A stretch of DNA of 64,000 bases from Sedimentisphaerales bacterium (lineage in GTDB: Bacteria > Planctomycetota > Phycisphaerae > Sedimentisphaerales > SM23-30). This document shows positions 9,513-20,619 of the stretch, piece by piece. Location of the stretch: assembly GCA_963663965.2 (NCBI GenBank), contig CAXXFK010000031.1, forward strand, positions 64,001-128,000, given 5' to 3'. Positions within the stretch are counted from its first letter, which is position 1. Every line of letters starts with the position of its first letter. Under the pieces are notes generated by a model. The model was not told the origin of the DNA. It saw only the letters and a program-made list of their open reading frames with translations, and searched no databases. The translations under genes were made by a program, and so were the position numbers.

Positions 9513-11237
9513 ATGAAATCTCAGGTCCATCTCTGTAATGTTCTGTTTTCTATATCACTTTTGGCTGCCGGATTTATCATTCTTTCCGGGTGCGATGACA
9601 CACCCGAAAATGAAGCACGTAAAACAAATATTGAAAGTATCAACAAGGCTCAGCGTACTATTCGCTCCAGCAATGACAATATATTACTGAAAGAAAATGA
9701 AATTCAAGCAGCCGCACGTTCAAAAGTTGATGATTTCAGTGTTACGGTGGAAGCGCTCAAAGAAAGATCACGAACTTCCGGGCAAAACGTCGCTGAAAGG
9801 CTAAAGGCGGGTGAAAGCAATTTAAGCGAGCTGGAAGCAATTTTTAGTGATATCGAGAAACTCCGTCAGGAAATTACTACAGAAGGCGAACTGGCCTTTT
9901 TGAAAAAACTTGAAGAGGCCGCCAATGGTATGGTTATTCACGCCAATCAACTCAATGAATTATCAATCGAAGACAGTCAGAAACGGTTAGATCAGGCCCG
10001 CAAACTTCTTGAAGACGCTGAGAGGAATGCCCGCATGATTAAAACCAGCCGAAACGATATGGAATATTTGTCTGCACCGGAATCAGCTCTTGGTACTTTG
10101 CAAACAATTTACGCCAGAAGAAATGCCAGCCTGATGGACATGGCATATAACAATCTGCAAACCTGGCTAATAAAATTCAATCATATACTCAGCATATATT
10201 TACAGCAAAATAAACTGGCATCCATACAGGAGACTCTGAAGCCAACCTATATGGTAAATCTGGGTGAGGGGGGGCAAACCAATACTATCAACCAATTAGT
10301 GGCCATACAAAAAGATTCAGAAGCTCAGCTTGCAAGTGTAACGGGTGAAATTGCAAAACTCGAAAACGAGATCAGTAATCAAACAGAAACGATGACGGCG
10401 TTAATAAGCAAGGCCCGTCAATTGCGAAGCGAATATTTAAAGATTATCGCCCAAGCAGATGATGCCAAGGGCCAGGAACGGTTTGATTTAAAAAAAGCCG
10501 CATATAATATTGAAATTGGTGACGATGGCCAGGGATGCATTTATTATGAAACACAGGTGGAACTTGCAGAAAGAAAATTAACTGATCTTAAGAGCAAGCA
10601 AGAATATCTGACTAACCGTCAGAAAGAAATAGCGGAATCACTTAAAAAATTAACAGACTCTATTCAGACACTTCAAAATTCTCCCACAACAACAACCGCA
10701 ATTGATACCATGGCGAAGCATTATTCTGATCAGGCGGAAAAAAGTTTAGAAGAACTTAAATCATTCATTCAATCGATAACAAAAGCAGAGGAAGAATATG
10801 GCCAGGTTCGCGTCGCCGCTATTGCCGCATATGAGGAAGCAAGAGCAAAATTTGATAAAGCCGGCAATGGTGTTTCCGGGCGTTTTTATAGTGATTATTG
10901 CTCACATATGATAAATACCATAAAACTGGAAATGGCACAGTTATGGCGTCAGGATGCGGCCTATTACGAAAGCATTTTAAATGTAATGGATTTGGATCTT
11001 GGCCCTCAAAATGAAGTGATTCGCACAATTACCAGCGGACTTTTTGCGAAAAGCCAGAATCTGGCTCAACAGGCAATCATGGCTTCAGAAGATGAACAAT
11101 TAAAGGTTGAAGAAAATAATCCCGTTCCCGGCGCCAACATGGGTAATTCACCAGCTATGGATGAAACCATGGGAAACACCAATATGGATGCAACCCTTAA
11201 CGGCATGGAAGAAGAAAATTCGAACCAGAATTTCTGA
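9513..11237 (+). CDS. Long coiled-coil lipoprotein, function unknown
   Basis: Lipobox ILSG-C, E/K/Q/L-rich heptads over about 500 aa, and a Met/Asn-rich low-complexity tail. Confidence 0.7.
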   Translation: MKSQVHLCNVLFSISLLAAGFIILSGCDDTPENEARKTNIESINKAQRTIRSSNDNILLKENEIQAAARSKVDDFSVTVEALKERSRTSGQNVAERLKAGESNLSELEAIFSDIEKLRQEITTEGELAFLKKLEEAANGMVIHANQLNELSIEDSQKRLDQARKLLEDAERNARMIKTSRNDMEYLSAPESALGTLQTIYARRNASLMDMAYNNLQTWLIKFNHILSIYLQQNKLASIQETLKPTYMVNLGEGGQTNTINQLVAIQKDSEAQLASVTGEIAKLENEISNQTETMTALISKARQLRSEYLKIIAQADDAKGQERFDLKKAAYNIEIGDDGQGCIYYETQVELAERKLTDLKSKQEYLTNRQKEIAESLKKLTDSIQTLQNSPTTTTAIDTMAKHYSDQAEKSLEELKSFIQSITKAEEEYGQVRVAAIAAYEEARAKFDKAGNGVSGRFYSDYCSHMINTIKLEMAQLWRQDAAYYESILNVMDLDLGPQNEVIRTITSGLFAKSQNLAQQAIMASEDEQLKVEENNPVPGANMGNSPAMDETMGNTNMDATLNGMEEENSNQNF

Positions 11238-11362
11238 TGGATGGTTGTTTGAGTGGAAGATGTAAATCTGTTACACTTTGCCGGGCAGAGTGTTTGTTAT
11301 TCATTGATTTTGTATTGATTTAAATCCAAACGGTCCGGATAACTAATGAAAATAACGGATTC

Positions 11363-12310
11363 ATGGCGGCTATAAGTAATGATAAAATGATCCTGATTAT
11401 CGGTTGTACAGCTAGTGGGAAAAGTAAGCTTGCGGCTGAATTGGCCAGATTTTTAAGAACTTCAATCATAAGCGTTGACTCAATGAAGGTATACCGGCGT
11501 ATGGATATCGGCACGGCCAAGCCATCCAAAGAACAGCTTGCCGAGTTACAGCACCATATGATTGATATCATTGAACCATATGAATCCTTCAGTTTGGGTC
11601 GATATATAGAATTGACTGATCAAGTCATTGCTAATCTGAAAAACGGCAATAAAGGTCCGATAATCGCGGCAGGGGGTACAGCCATGTATTTACGGGGATT
11701 ACTGGAAGGGATTTTTGATGGCCCATCTGCGGATATTCAATTTCGAAATGAATTAATGCTGGAATCAGATAAACATGGATCCACTTATTTATACGAACGA
11801 TTAATCCACATTGATCCAGAAGCAGCCAGTAAAATCCATTATAACGATTTAAAACGTATTATTCGTGCGTTAGAAGTGTACCATTTAACGGGCAAACCGT
11901 TTTCTGAGTATCAGGTGCATTTTCGAAGTGGCAATTATCGTTATCCTTGGCAGATTATTGGAATCCGAAGAGAAAAAGAAGAAGCAAATAAGAGAATTAA
12001 TGCCAGAGTTAAAAAAATGGTAGAGTCCGGCTTATTTAACGAAGTCAGGCAGTTGCTTGATGAGCCCAATGGCATAAGCAAACAAGCCAGCCAGGCGGTT
12101 GGTTATGCAGAAGTCATTGATTATTTTAAAGGAAAATGCGAACGAGATGAAGCTATAGAAAAAATCAAAATAAATTCAAGACGGCTGGCAAAGCATCAAA
12201 GAACCTGGTTCAGAGGATTTATGGGAGTGAAGTGGTATGATATTCATTCGGAGACAAATATCAATAAATTAGCACTTAAAGTAATAGAAGATATTCAAAA
12301 AGATACTTGA
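11363..12310 (+). CDS. miaA: tRNA dimethylallyltransferase
   Basis: GCTASGKS, DSMKVYRRMDIGTAKP, GGTAMY and KHQRTWF. Confidence 0.97.
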   Translation: MAAISNDKMILIIGCTASGKSKLAAELARFLRTSIISVDSMKVYRRMDIGTAKPSKEQLAELQHHMIDIIEPYESFSLGRYIELTDQVIANLKNGNKGPIIAAGGTAMYLRGLLEGIFDGPSADIQFRNELMLESDKHGSTYLYERLIHIDPEAASKIHYNDLKRIIRALEVYHLTGKPFSEYQVHFRSGNYRYPWQIIGIRREKEEANKRINARVKKMVESGLFNEVRQLLDEPNGISKQASQAVGYAEVIDYFKGKCERDEAIEKIKINSRRLAKHQRTWFRGFMGVKWYDIHSETNINKLALKVIEDIQKDT

Positions 12311-12463
12311 AACTGGATGAATCCATGCGAATGCAACATAATATATATTATGGGACCTTATGGGTGGTGTGTTCTTTAGGAAATGTTTGTATTTTAATTT
12401 AAAAGTATTCTTCCGTGCTAAACCGATTTACAATATATTACTAAGCTTAGAGACGACTATTTT

Positions 12464-13270
12464 ATGGAAAGACTACAGAAATTTATGGCAGATGCCGGCG
12501 TTGCTTCGCGTCGCCATTGTGAAGAAATGATCCGGGAAGGATTAGTAAGAGTCAATGGTCAAATCGTAACCCAATTACCTGTTTTAATCGATATTGATAA
12601 AGATCGTATTACCGTCGAGGGGCGACGAATCCGGCCTGTTACAAAAGTTTATTATTTGCTAAACAAACCCAAAAAAGTTGTCTGCACTAATTACGATCCG
12701 GTTAACAAAAGAAAACGGACGATTGATATTCTGGGCGGAGTATCCGAGAGAGTTTATCCGGTTGGCCGTTTAGATCAAGACTCACAAGGCCTGGTGCTTA
12801 TGACCAATGATGGTGATTTGGCCAATCATTTAATCCACCCCAGATATGGTGTGCCCAAAACATATATCGCAGAAATTCCACAGAAGATTGATGGGGCTGA
12901 TATTGAAAGGCTTAAAAAGGGCTTTTATGTCGAAAAGGGCGCTCGAACAACGATGGATCGTATCAAAATCATAAAACGCAGTCATACATTTACTGCGTTA
13001 GAAATCACCTTGCGTGAAGGTCGCAACCGTCAGATCCGGCGAATGCTTGCCAGACTGGGATACTCGATTAAAAACCTTACCAGGATTAAGTTTGGCCCCC
13101 TTTCATCCCGGGGATTAGGAGTCGGACATTACCGACAGTTAAAACCAGAAGAAGTAGCGGAACTTAAAAAGATTGCCAATCGCGCCGAAAAACAAGCGTC
13201 AGCACGCGATTTAAATGCTAAAATTAAAAAGAAACCCATTAAGACAACGCAACATAAAACGCCCAAATGA
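12464..13270 (+). CDS. rluB: rRNA pseudouridine synthase (RluB/RsuA family, S4 domain)
   Basis: RLQKFMADAGVASRR, YPVGRLD and EGRNRQIRRM. Confidence 0.88.
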   Translation: MERLQKFMADAGVASRRHCEEMIREGLVRVNGQIVTQLPVLIDIDKDRITVEGRRIRPVTKVYYLLNKPKKVVCTNYDPVNKRKRTIDILGGVSERVYPVGRLDQDSQGLVLMTNDGDLANHLIHPRYGVPKTYIAEIPQKIDGADIERLKKGFYVEKGARTTMDRIKIIKRSHTFTALEITLREGRNRQIRRMLARLGYSIKNLTRIKFGPLSSRGLGVGHYRQLKPEEVAELKKIANRAEKQASARDLNAKIKKKPIKTTQHKTPK

Positions 13271-13274
13271 TATT

Positions 13275-14093
13275 ATGAATGATAAAGAATTCATCAAGTG
13301 GATGGCATTTCCGGGGATACTATTTTTTATCCTTATCGCAGGGGGGTGTCCCCCCCCACCTCCAAGATCTGGAGATCAACAAACGATTGTCACTTCAGAT
13401 CCAAAAATTCTTATTGAAACTGGTCGGTACTCAGAGGCAAAACAAGCGATCGATCACATGCTCCGCCAGCCTGGCCATAAATATCCATTAGATACTCTAT
13501 ATTATTTAAGCGGGTTATGTAATAGAAATCTGGAAAGCAATTCTGCGCATGCCATTATGGATTTCAACCGTGCTCTCCAGCACTCATCCAATACAGAGGT
13601 TGTTGTTCTGGCTAATATCGCATTGGGGCATATCTATTTCGAGGCGTCCAATCCAGAATATTCCCGTGCCATTCAATGCTATCGAAACGCATTAAAAAGC
13701 ATGGGGCAGATCCCTCCAAAGGATTTGATATTGTATCGGACCGGTAAAGCGCTTCAGAACCTGGGACAATTCGGCGAAGGACAAAAATATTACGACCAAT
13801 GCATTAAAGAATTTCCCAATTCGACTTACGCGGAGATGTGCCGTAATAACGAAGGAGCCGAATTCTTTGCGATTCAATTGGGTGTGTTCAGTACCGCAAC
13901 GCGAGCCAACCAGTACATACAAGCTGTTTCAAATACAGGTCTGAAAGCGACATCCGTGAAAATTATCAAGAATGGTAAAACGCTTTACGCAGTAAGGTCC
14001 GGTCGCTTCAACACCCAAGACGCGGCGAATGCTGCCCTGCTTACTGTTCGGCAGAAATGCCCTGATGCCATTGTAACACCATCGTCTAAATAG
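13275..14093 (+). CDS. Lipoprotein with TPR repeats and C-terminal SPOR domain
   Basis: Lipobox IAGG-C, TPR-like helices, and a SPOR motif FAIQLGVFS...Y.VRSGRFNTQDAA...A. The likely start is ATG 13275. Confidence 0.8.
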   Translation: MNDKEFIKWMAFPGILFFILIAGGCPPPPPRSGDQQTIVTSDPKILIETGRYSEAKQAIDHMLRQPGHKYPLDTLYYLSGLCNRNLESNSAHAIMDFNRALQHSSNTEVVVLANIALGHIYFEASNPEYSRAIQCYRNALKSMGQIPPKDLILYRTGKALQNLGQFGEGQKYYDQCIKEFPNSTYAEMCRNNEGAEFFAIQLGVFSTATRANQYIQAVSNTGLKATSVKIIKNGKTLYAVRSGRFNTQDAANAALLTVRQKCPDAIVTPSSK

Positions 14094-15459
14094 GAATTAA
14101 TTCCGGGTTAGCGAACATGCATTTGGCTTGTCCTACGAGATAGAAACTGCCGGTAATACATATCAGATCGCCCGTATTTACCGCCGGGCGGGCAATCATC
14201 AGTGCTTCTTGCAGGGAACTGGCGGTCTGACACATCTTGCCACAAATCTCACTATAACGCTGGGCCAGATCTTCCGGATAGGCAGAACGAGGCGAATTTA
14301 CCCGGGTAAAGATGACTTTGTCCGCGCCATATTGCAGTTCATATAGCATTCCGTCAATATCTTTATCCTCACAGCAGGCAAAAATAACAACCATGGAATC
14401 ATAAGGGATATGCTGGCCTGTTGCCTGTATCAAAGCTTTGATACTGGCGGCATTGTGAGCGCCATCCACTAAAATCCGAGGATCATTCCAGATGATTTCC
14501 ATACGCCCCGGTAATTTTACGTTTGTTAATCCAATCATCGATTTACGGTCATCCAGTTTGAAGCCCCTGGATTTCAGACTATCCATTAAAGTCAGGGCCA
14601 ACCCACAATTAATGGCTTGATGTTCTCCCAACAGAGGAACAGGCAAATGTTCAAATCGACTGGCAGGGGTTGTCAGGCAAACGCGGTTATGAGGTCCCAG
14701 GGAACGAGAGGATTCAAATCGATAAGAAAAATCGATATCTTTGCCTGCGAATTTAAGAGGAGATCCAACCACCCCTGCTTCTCTTTTAAGAACACGCATG
14801 ATTTCGGCATCTTGTAATACTGAAAATGCCGGCACTCCTTTCTTGAATACTCCGGCTTTTTCTCGTGCAATTTTTGCAAGATTATTCCCTAACTGAGCCT
14901 GGTGATCCAGGCTTAAACTGGTAATACCAACCGCCTCGGGCATCAAAACGTTTGTGCTATCCAGGCGCCCCCCCATTCCAGTTTCAATAATATTAATGTC
15001 TGTTTTCTGAGTTGCGAAATACAGAAAAGCAATTGCCGTTAATATTTCAAAAAAGGTTGGCTTATCATCCACCATTTTTCGAATAACCAGTGACGCTTTT
15101 TTGACCATTTTGGTCATATCTTCTTCCGGGATCATTTCTCCATTGATACGGATACGCTCTCTTAAATCCACCACATGAGGCGAGGTATAAAGGCCAACTT
15201 TAAGATCATTGGCCATAAGCATTTCTGAAAGCATGGTGCATGTGGATCCCTTCCCTTTGGTTCCGGCAATATGGATTGTTTTAATAGTTTTATGAGGATC
15301 TCCCAATCCAGCCAGAAGCCGTTCCATGCGTTCTAGATTAAAGGTGTCTGTATTATATCGAACCCGTTTCGCCGTCTCGTAATTGGTATTACTAAAAAGA
15401 AAATTCAGGGCATCCGAATATTCTTTTATTGTCGACGGCCTCTTTTTGCAAATTGTCAT
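14086..15459 (-). CDS. folC: Folylpolyglutamate synthase/dihydrofolate synthase
   Basis: HIAGTKGKGST, YTSPH, ETGMGGRLDSTN, DGAHN and TGSFYLVG. Confidence 0.96.
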   Translation of the reverse strand: MTICKKRPSTIKEYSDALNFLFSNTNYETAKRVRYNTDTFNLERMERLLAGLGDPHKTIKTIHIAGTKGKGSTCTMLSEMLMANDLKVGLYTSPHVVDLRERIRINGEMIPEEDMTKMVKKASLVIRKMVDDKPTFFEILTAIAFLYFATQKTDINIIETGMGGRLDSTNVLMPEAVGITSLSLDHQAQLGNNLAKIAREKAGVFKKGVPAFSVLQDAEIMRVLKREAGVVGSPLKFAGKDIDFSYRFESSRSLGPHNRVCLTTPASRFEHLPVPLLGEHQAINCGLALTLMDSLKSRGFKLDDRKSMIGLTNVKLPGRMEIIWNDPRILVDGAHNAASIKALIQATGQHIPYDSMVVIFACCEDKDIDGMLYELQYGADKVIFTRVNSPRSAYPEDLAQRYSEICGKMCQTASSLQEALMIARPAVNTGDLICITGSFYLVGQAKCMFANPELIPI

Positions 15460-15676
15460 TCGATGCTCTCAGTCTGATACACATAAGTTTTAGTGTACAA
15501 TTGTATCAATTAAAATACATAGAGCTATTATAACGGTAAAACCGAATTAATCAAGGATTTAATGCAAATAAAGAGATCGCCCAAAGACTCGTGCCGTCAT
15601 AAGAGATTGTTATATATAGCCTTATAAATATTGTAAAATAGCTGTAAATCAGCCTATTGGGCAGCCCTGGCAATAT

Positions 15677-17476
15677 TTATTCATCCGAACTATCTAGTAT
15701 ACTCATAAAAGCCTCTTGCGGAATATTTACAGAGCCTACGCTTTTCATTCTCTTTTTTCCTTCCTTCTGTTTTTTAAGAACCTTCATTTTTCGAGTGACA
15801 TCCCCCCCATAAAGTTTTGCCGTTACATCCTTTCTGAAGGCTTTAATTGTTTCCCGGGCAATTATTTTGCCCCCAATCGCAACCTGTAAAGGGATTTCGA
15901 ATTGATGTCTTGGAATACTGCGTCTGAGCCTGATGAGCATTCTCCTGCCGCGGTGTTCCGCATTGCTACGGTGAATAATCATTGATAATGCGTCAACCGC
16001 AACGCCATTGACAAGGAAATCAATTTTAACCAGGTTGCTTTTTTCGAATCCCAGTAATTCATAATCCATGGTCGCATAACCATGGCTGACCCCTTTAAGT
16101 AAATCATAAAAGTCATAAACAATTTCAGCCAGAGGAGCTTTGAATTCCAGCATAACCCGGGTAGTACTAAGATAATCGGTTTTTACGAGTTCGCAACGAC
16201 GTTCATCCGCCAGTTTCATAATCCCGCCGATTGTATCGGTAGGTGTTATAATTTCCAGTCGGACAAAAGGTTCGCGCAGTTCTTCGATATGGTTAGGGTC
16301 CGGTAACTGACTGGGAGAGTCCACACGTTGAACCTCCCCATCGGTGGTTACCACGTCGTAACTAACTGTCGGGGCGGTTTGAATCACTTCAATATCATTT
16401 TCCCTCTCCAATCGTTCCTGAATGATCTCCATATGAAGTAGCCCAAGAAAACCGCATCGGAAACCAAATCCTAAAGCCGGCGAATTTTGAGGAACAAAAC
16501 TGAAACTCGAGTCGTTTAATTGTAATTTATCAAAAGCAGCACGCAACTTATTATAGTCGGTATTGTTACCGGGATAAAAATCGGAAAAAACCATTTGGAC
16601 AGGTTTTTTGTATCCATGTAAGGGCTGGGAAGCCGGATGATTGGCATCAGTAATCGTGTCTCCCACGGTTACATCAGCCAATGTTTTGATACTGGCAATC
16701 AAATAGCCAACCTCACCCGCCGCCAATTCATTGACCGGAATCATCTTTGGAGAGAACTTGCCTAATTCTGTGACGATGTAGTCTCTTCCTGCCGCCATCA
16801 TACGAATTTTCTGGCCGGTTTTTATATGTCCATCAATTACACGAATATAACAAATGACGCCTCGGTATTCATCAAAATGACTATCAAAGACCAGAGCACG
16901 GGTTGAAGCCCCTGGGGTTGTTTTGGGAGGTGGCAAAAAGGTTAAAATCGCATCCAGCAGTTCTTCAATACCTATGCCTGACTTGGCGCTTACCAGAAAA
17001 CATTCCTGTTTTTTGATTCCTAACACATGTTCGATTTCTTCAGCTACGACATCGGGTTGGGCGGCGGGTAAATCAATTTTATTAATTACCGGAAGAATCT
17101 CCAACCCAGATTCCACCGCAAGATACGCATTGGCAACGGTTTGTGCTTCAACCCCCTGGGTGGCGTCGACAACCAGAAGCGCTCCTTCACACGCAGCCAT
17201 TGATCGCGATACTTCATAATGAAAATCAACGTGGCCAGGAGTATCGATCAGATTGAGCATGTATTCAACACCGTCGCGTTTGCATACCATGGTAACGGCA
17301 GACGCTTTGATCGTAATGCCTCTTTCCCGCTCGATATCCATGTCGTCGAGTAATTGTTCCTTCATTTCCCTGTCGCTTATAGCGCCCGTTTTTTGTAAAA
17401 TCCGGTCAGCTAATGTGCTTTTACCATGATCGATATGAGCTATAATTGAAAAATTGCGAATATTCTGGATATCCAT
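15677..17476 (-). CDS. lepA: Elongation factor 4
   Basis: AHIDHGKSTLADR, DTPGHVDF, GFRCGFLGLLH and KQKEGKKRMK. Confidence 0.98.
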   Translation of the reverse strand: MDIQNIRNFSIIAHIDHGKSTLADRILQKTGAISDREMKEQLLDDMDIERERGITIKASAVTMVCKRDGVEYMLNLIDTPGHVDFHYEVSRSMAACEGALLVVDATQGVEAQTVANAYLAVESGLEILPVINKIDLPAAQPDVVAEEIEHVLGIKKQECFLVSAKSGIGIEELLDAILTFLPPPKTTPGASTRALVFDSHFDEYRGVICYIRVIDGHIKTGQKIRMMAAGRDYIVTELGKFSPKMIPVNELAAGEVGYLIASIKTLADVTVGDTITDANHPASQPLHGYKKPVQMVFSDFYPGNNTDYNKLRAAFDKLQLNDSSFSFVPQNSPALGFGFRCGFLGLLHMEIIQERLERENDIEVIQTAPTVSYDVVTTDGEVQRVDSPSQLPDPNHIEELREPFVRLEIITPTDTIGGIMKLADERRCELVKTDYLSTTRVMLEFKAPLAEIVYDFYDLLKGVSHGYATMDYELLGFEKSNLVKIDFLVNGVAVDALSMIIHRSNAEHRGRRMLIRLRRSIPRHQFEIPLQVAIGGKIIARETIKAFRKDVTAKLYGGDVTRKMKVLKKQKEGKKRMKSVGSVNIPQEAFMSILDSSDE

Positions 17477-17861
17477 AGAAACGTAAATATCTCCAATAAT
17501 TTTATAAACCTGTTACATTTATTATCGTAACATCGAATGTCCCATGTTATACAGGCGTGTACTTTCAGTTTTTGGCGATCTTTATCTTAAGCCAATCAGC
17601 CAATTTCCGAATATTATTTTGAATCCCATATATTACCGTAAGTCTATAAAAAAAAAATAAAAATCTTGTTTTATACCCAATGGGCATAAAAATTCCTGAT
17701 CGCTCGCAAGATAAGTATTTCCCCGTGTAGAACTTATATCGCGGTCCAGCGGGCATTTACATTCGTAATCAGTAAACAATTGAATATTCCACACCTGAAT
17801 GCTTTTTTGATCCGTTGTGGATTACCCATATTTTGAGACCATTACACACAATGGAGTTACT

Positions 17862-18314
17862 ATGATACGCAAAGCCAAACTGAACGATGTTCCTCAGATT
17901 CGTGAATTGATCAACTCTCACGCCGAGCGGGAACGAATGCTATTTCGTTCATTATCAGATCTTTATGAAAATATTCGTGATTTTTTTGTCTGTGAAGTTG
18001 ACAATAAAGTGGTCGGTTGTGGCGGGTTGCAAACCATATGGGCCGATCTGGCCGAATTGAAATCTTTAGCAGTTCATAACGATTATCAAGGCCGGGGAAT
18101 CGGTAAACAACTGGTACAGGCTATTTTAACTGAGGCTCGCGAGTTGGGGTTGCCCAAAGTATTCACTTTAACCCTGGAAGAAACGTTTTTCTTGAAGACC
18201 GGATTCAAAACAGTCTCAATGGATACCCTTCCCATGAAAGTCTGGTCTGAATGTATTCGTTGTCCGAAGCAGGCCCATTGCGATGAAATCGCAATGACTT
18301 ACGAACTTGTTTAA
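17862..18314 (+). CDS. argA: Short GNAT N-acetylglutamate synthase-like acetyltransferase
   Basis: MIRKA, LAELKSLAV...QGRGIG and LP.KVWSEC.RCPK...CDE. A GGAG RBS precedes ATG 17862. Confidence 0.7.
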   Translation: MIRKAKLNDVPQIRELINSHAERERMLFRSLSDLYENIRDFFVCEVDNKVVGCGGLQTIWADLAELKSLAVHNDYQGRGIGKQLVQAILTEARELGLPKVFTLTLEETFFLKTGFKTVSMDTLPMKVWSECIRCPKQAHCDEIAMTYELV

Positions 18315-18604
18315 AAAAAAGTTATCAACTCGTTGATAAATATAGAGTTATATTGTGATAGAATGATTTTGGGTTCGTTTAGTTTCGATAGTTTATACCG
18401 GCTAATCGACGTTGGGCTCTGGATTGATATGCCTTTTAAAAGAATAATCGCACATTTGGGCTGCCCTATAAAGAATGATAATGATTCATTATAACAAATC
18501 ATTGATATAGAAACGGTGTGTCATTAGATGATTTGCATTAAGGTTTTTTTGCCGATTATCTGGACACAAACCAGATAAATTTTAAATATTTGATATAAAC
18601 TCAC

Positions 18605-18633
18605 TTGACGTGTTTCATGCTAATGTGTAAATT
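18605..18633 (+). promoter_or_regulatory. Putative sigma70 promoter of the atp operon
   Basis: TTGACG-17 nt-TAAATT upstream of the first atp gene. Confidence 0.45.
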
Positions 18634-18750
18634 GTTCGCTTTGTTTGCTTTTTGCAGACAGATTTTCCGCCTGCTTACAATCCTGAATAACAATCAGCCT
18701 CGCCCGGAAAATAATGTCCGGACCATGATTTAACTGGAAAATAGTACGCC

Positions 18751-19038
18751 TTGGTAAAATCCGATCTAAAACCGGACCCTGAGTCCAAGCCCCCCCCATT
18801 GCTGGATAAATATTCACGACGTTGGCTGGGGTACGGAATCGAGTTTGGCGGTGTAATTGGATTATTTACCTGGGCCGGCTATCGTGCCGATGATTATTTT
18901 GGAACAATGCCCTGGTTAACGATTACCGGAATGCTATTTGCGTTTATCGGAATGATCTACTTGCTATACAAGGAAATCAGTTCCGATCCGAATTATAAAT
19001 CCGGTTCAAGCCGTGGCAGCAACAATAACCAGGAATAG
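18751..19038 (+). CDS. AtpZ/AtpI family accessory protein
   Basis: G..FG..IG....GY..D..FGT.PW....G motif; first gene of the atp operon. Confidence 0.8.
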   Translation: MVKSDLKPDPESKPPPLLDKYSRRWLGYGIEFGGVIGLFTWAGYRADDYFGTMPWLTITGMLFAFIGMIYLLYKEISSDPNYKSGSSRGSNNNQE

Positions 19039-19043
19039 TTACC

Positions 19044-19505
19044 ATGTTAGTCAGATATTCGCTGGCGTCAACGGCCATGATCATTGTTCTTACAGCGCTT
19101 TTTGCTATAGGTTCATGGTATCTGGCTGAATCGCCAGAACATCATCTGGTTAATATTATTATGGCTGCTATTATTAGTGTTTTTGCGACCATAGCAGGAT
19201 TTATACCCATGGCGACTGTGTTGCCTGACAGTAAAATTGACAAGTTGATTATGGCCTGTTTCAGTGGCATGGCAATACGAATGCTATTGACCTTAATAGC
19301 GATTATTATCGTATATTTTCTGGTTATTGACCATGACGATATCACCTGCTTTGCCTTGTGGAATACGGCATTTTACTTATGCGTTCTTGTCTGGGAAACG
19401 GCAGCAGTAGTTCTGATAATCCAAGAGGATTGCCAAAGAGAGAGTAGTCAAATTAAAAGTAAAGAGTTTAATGTTTCTCAGAAATCTGCCCATACTTGCG
19501 TCTGA
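19044..19505 (+). CDS. ATP synthase I-like membrane protein
   Basis: Four TM helices; lies between the atpZ-like gene and atpB. Confidence 0.65.
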   Translation: MLVRYSLASTAMIIVLTALFAIGSWYLAESPEHHLVNIIMAAIISVFATIAGFIPMATVLPDSKIDKLIMACFSGMAIRMLLTLIAIIIVYFLVIDHDDITCFALWNTAFYLCVLVWETAAVVLIIQEDCQRESSQIKSKEFNVSQKSAHTCV

Positions 19506-20271
19506 TGATCCACTGGAACATGTCGTGCAACATGATTTGTTCACGGTTCACATTGGTCAAGGTTTCGCCTTTTCGAATCATATGCTAATGGTATTATTAG
19601 CATCACTAATTCTGGTTGTCGTATTTCCTTTAGTATTACGACGCAAATCAACCGTTCCATCCGGCCTGGCCAACTTCATTGAGAGTATCTGCGTTTATTT
19701 GCGCGAGGAAATGGTATATCCGGCCCTGGGAGAACAGACGGATCGTTTTGTCAAGTATATCTGGACCTTGTTCTTTTTTATCCTGACCTGCAATCTGCTG
19801 GGTCTGATGCCTCTTGACAGCATTGTCTTTGTCATTACCCGCAAATCATTCATTGGCGGAACGGCAACGGCGAATATCTGGATCACTGCAAGCCTGGCGA
19901 TCGTCTCCTTTCTGGTAACGCACGTTACTGGAATTATACATCAGGGTCCGATCCATTACCTCAAGAACTTCATCCCGCCGGTTCCCTGGCCCATGATTCC
20001 GTTCATGTATGTGCTGGAAATCATGGGCGCCATTATCAAGCCATTTTCGCTGGCGATCCGGTTATTTGCCAATATGCTGGCCGGCCACACTGTGCTGGGC
20101 GCCCTTATTATGATTGCGATGGCTTCGCACAATTATGGCGTGACTGCAATGACCTTACTCAGTTGTGCCGCGTTTTCTTTGCTGGAATTATTTGTAGCCT
20201 TTTTACAAGCGTATATATTCGCATTTTTGACCACGATTTACATAGCAAGCGCAATTCATCCTGAACATTAA
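19471..20271 (+). CDS. atpB: ATP synthase Fo subunit a
   Basis: KPFSLAIRLFANMLAGH and ELFVAFLQAYIF. Confidence 0.97.
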   Translation: MFLRNLPILASDDPLEHVVQHDLFTVHIGQGFAFSNHMLMVLLASLILVVVFPLVLRRKSTVPSGLANFIESICVYLREEMVYPALGEQTDRFVKYIWTLFFFILTCNLLGLMPLDSIVFVITRKSFIGGTATANIWITASLAIVSFLVTHVTGIIHQGPIHYLKNFIPPVPWPMIPFMYVLEIMGAIIKPFSLAIRLFANMLAGHTVLGALIMIAMASHNYGVTAMTLLSCAAFSLLELFVAFLQAYIFAFLTTIYIASAIHPEH

Positions 20272-20275
20272 ATAA

Positions 20276-20602
<327 letters not shown>

Positions 20603-20619
20603 CCGGAAAAACACCCTAT

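Noticed and set aside
18321..18338. Inverted repeat TTATCAAC-TC-GTTGATAA resembling an FNR/CRP box
   Set aside because: The half-sites are in the opposite orientation to an FNR site and lie right after a stop codon. It is more likely a weak hairpin.
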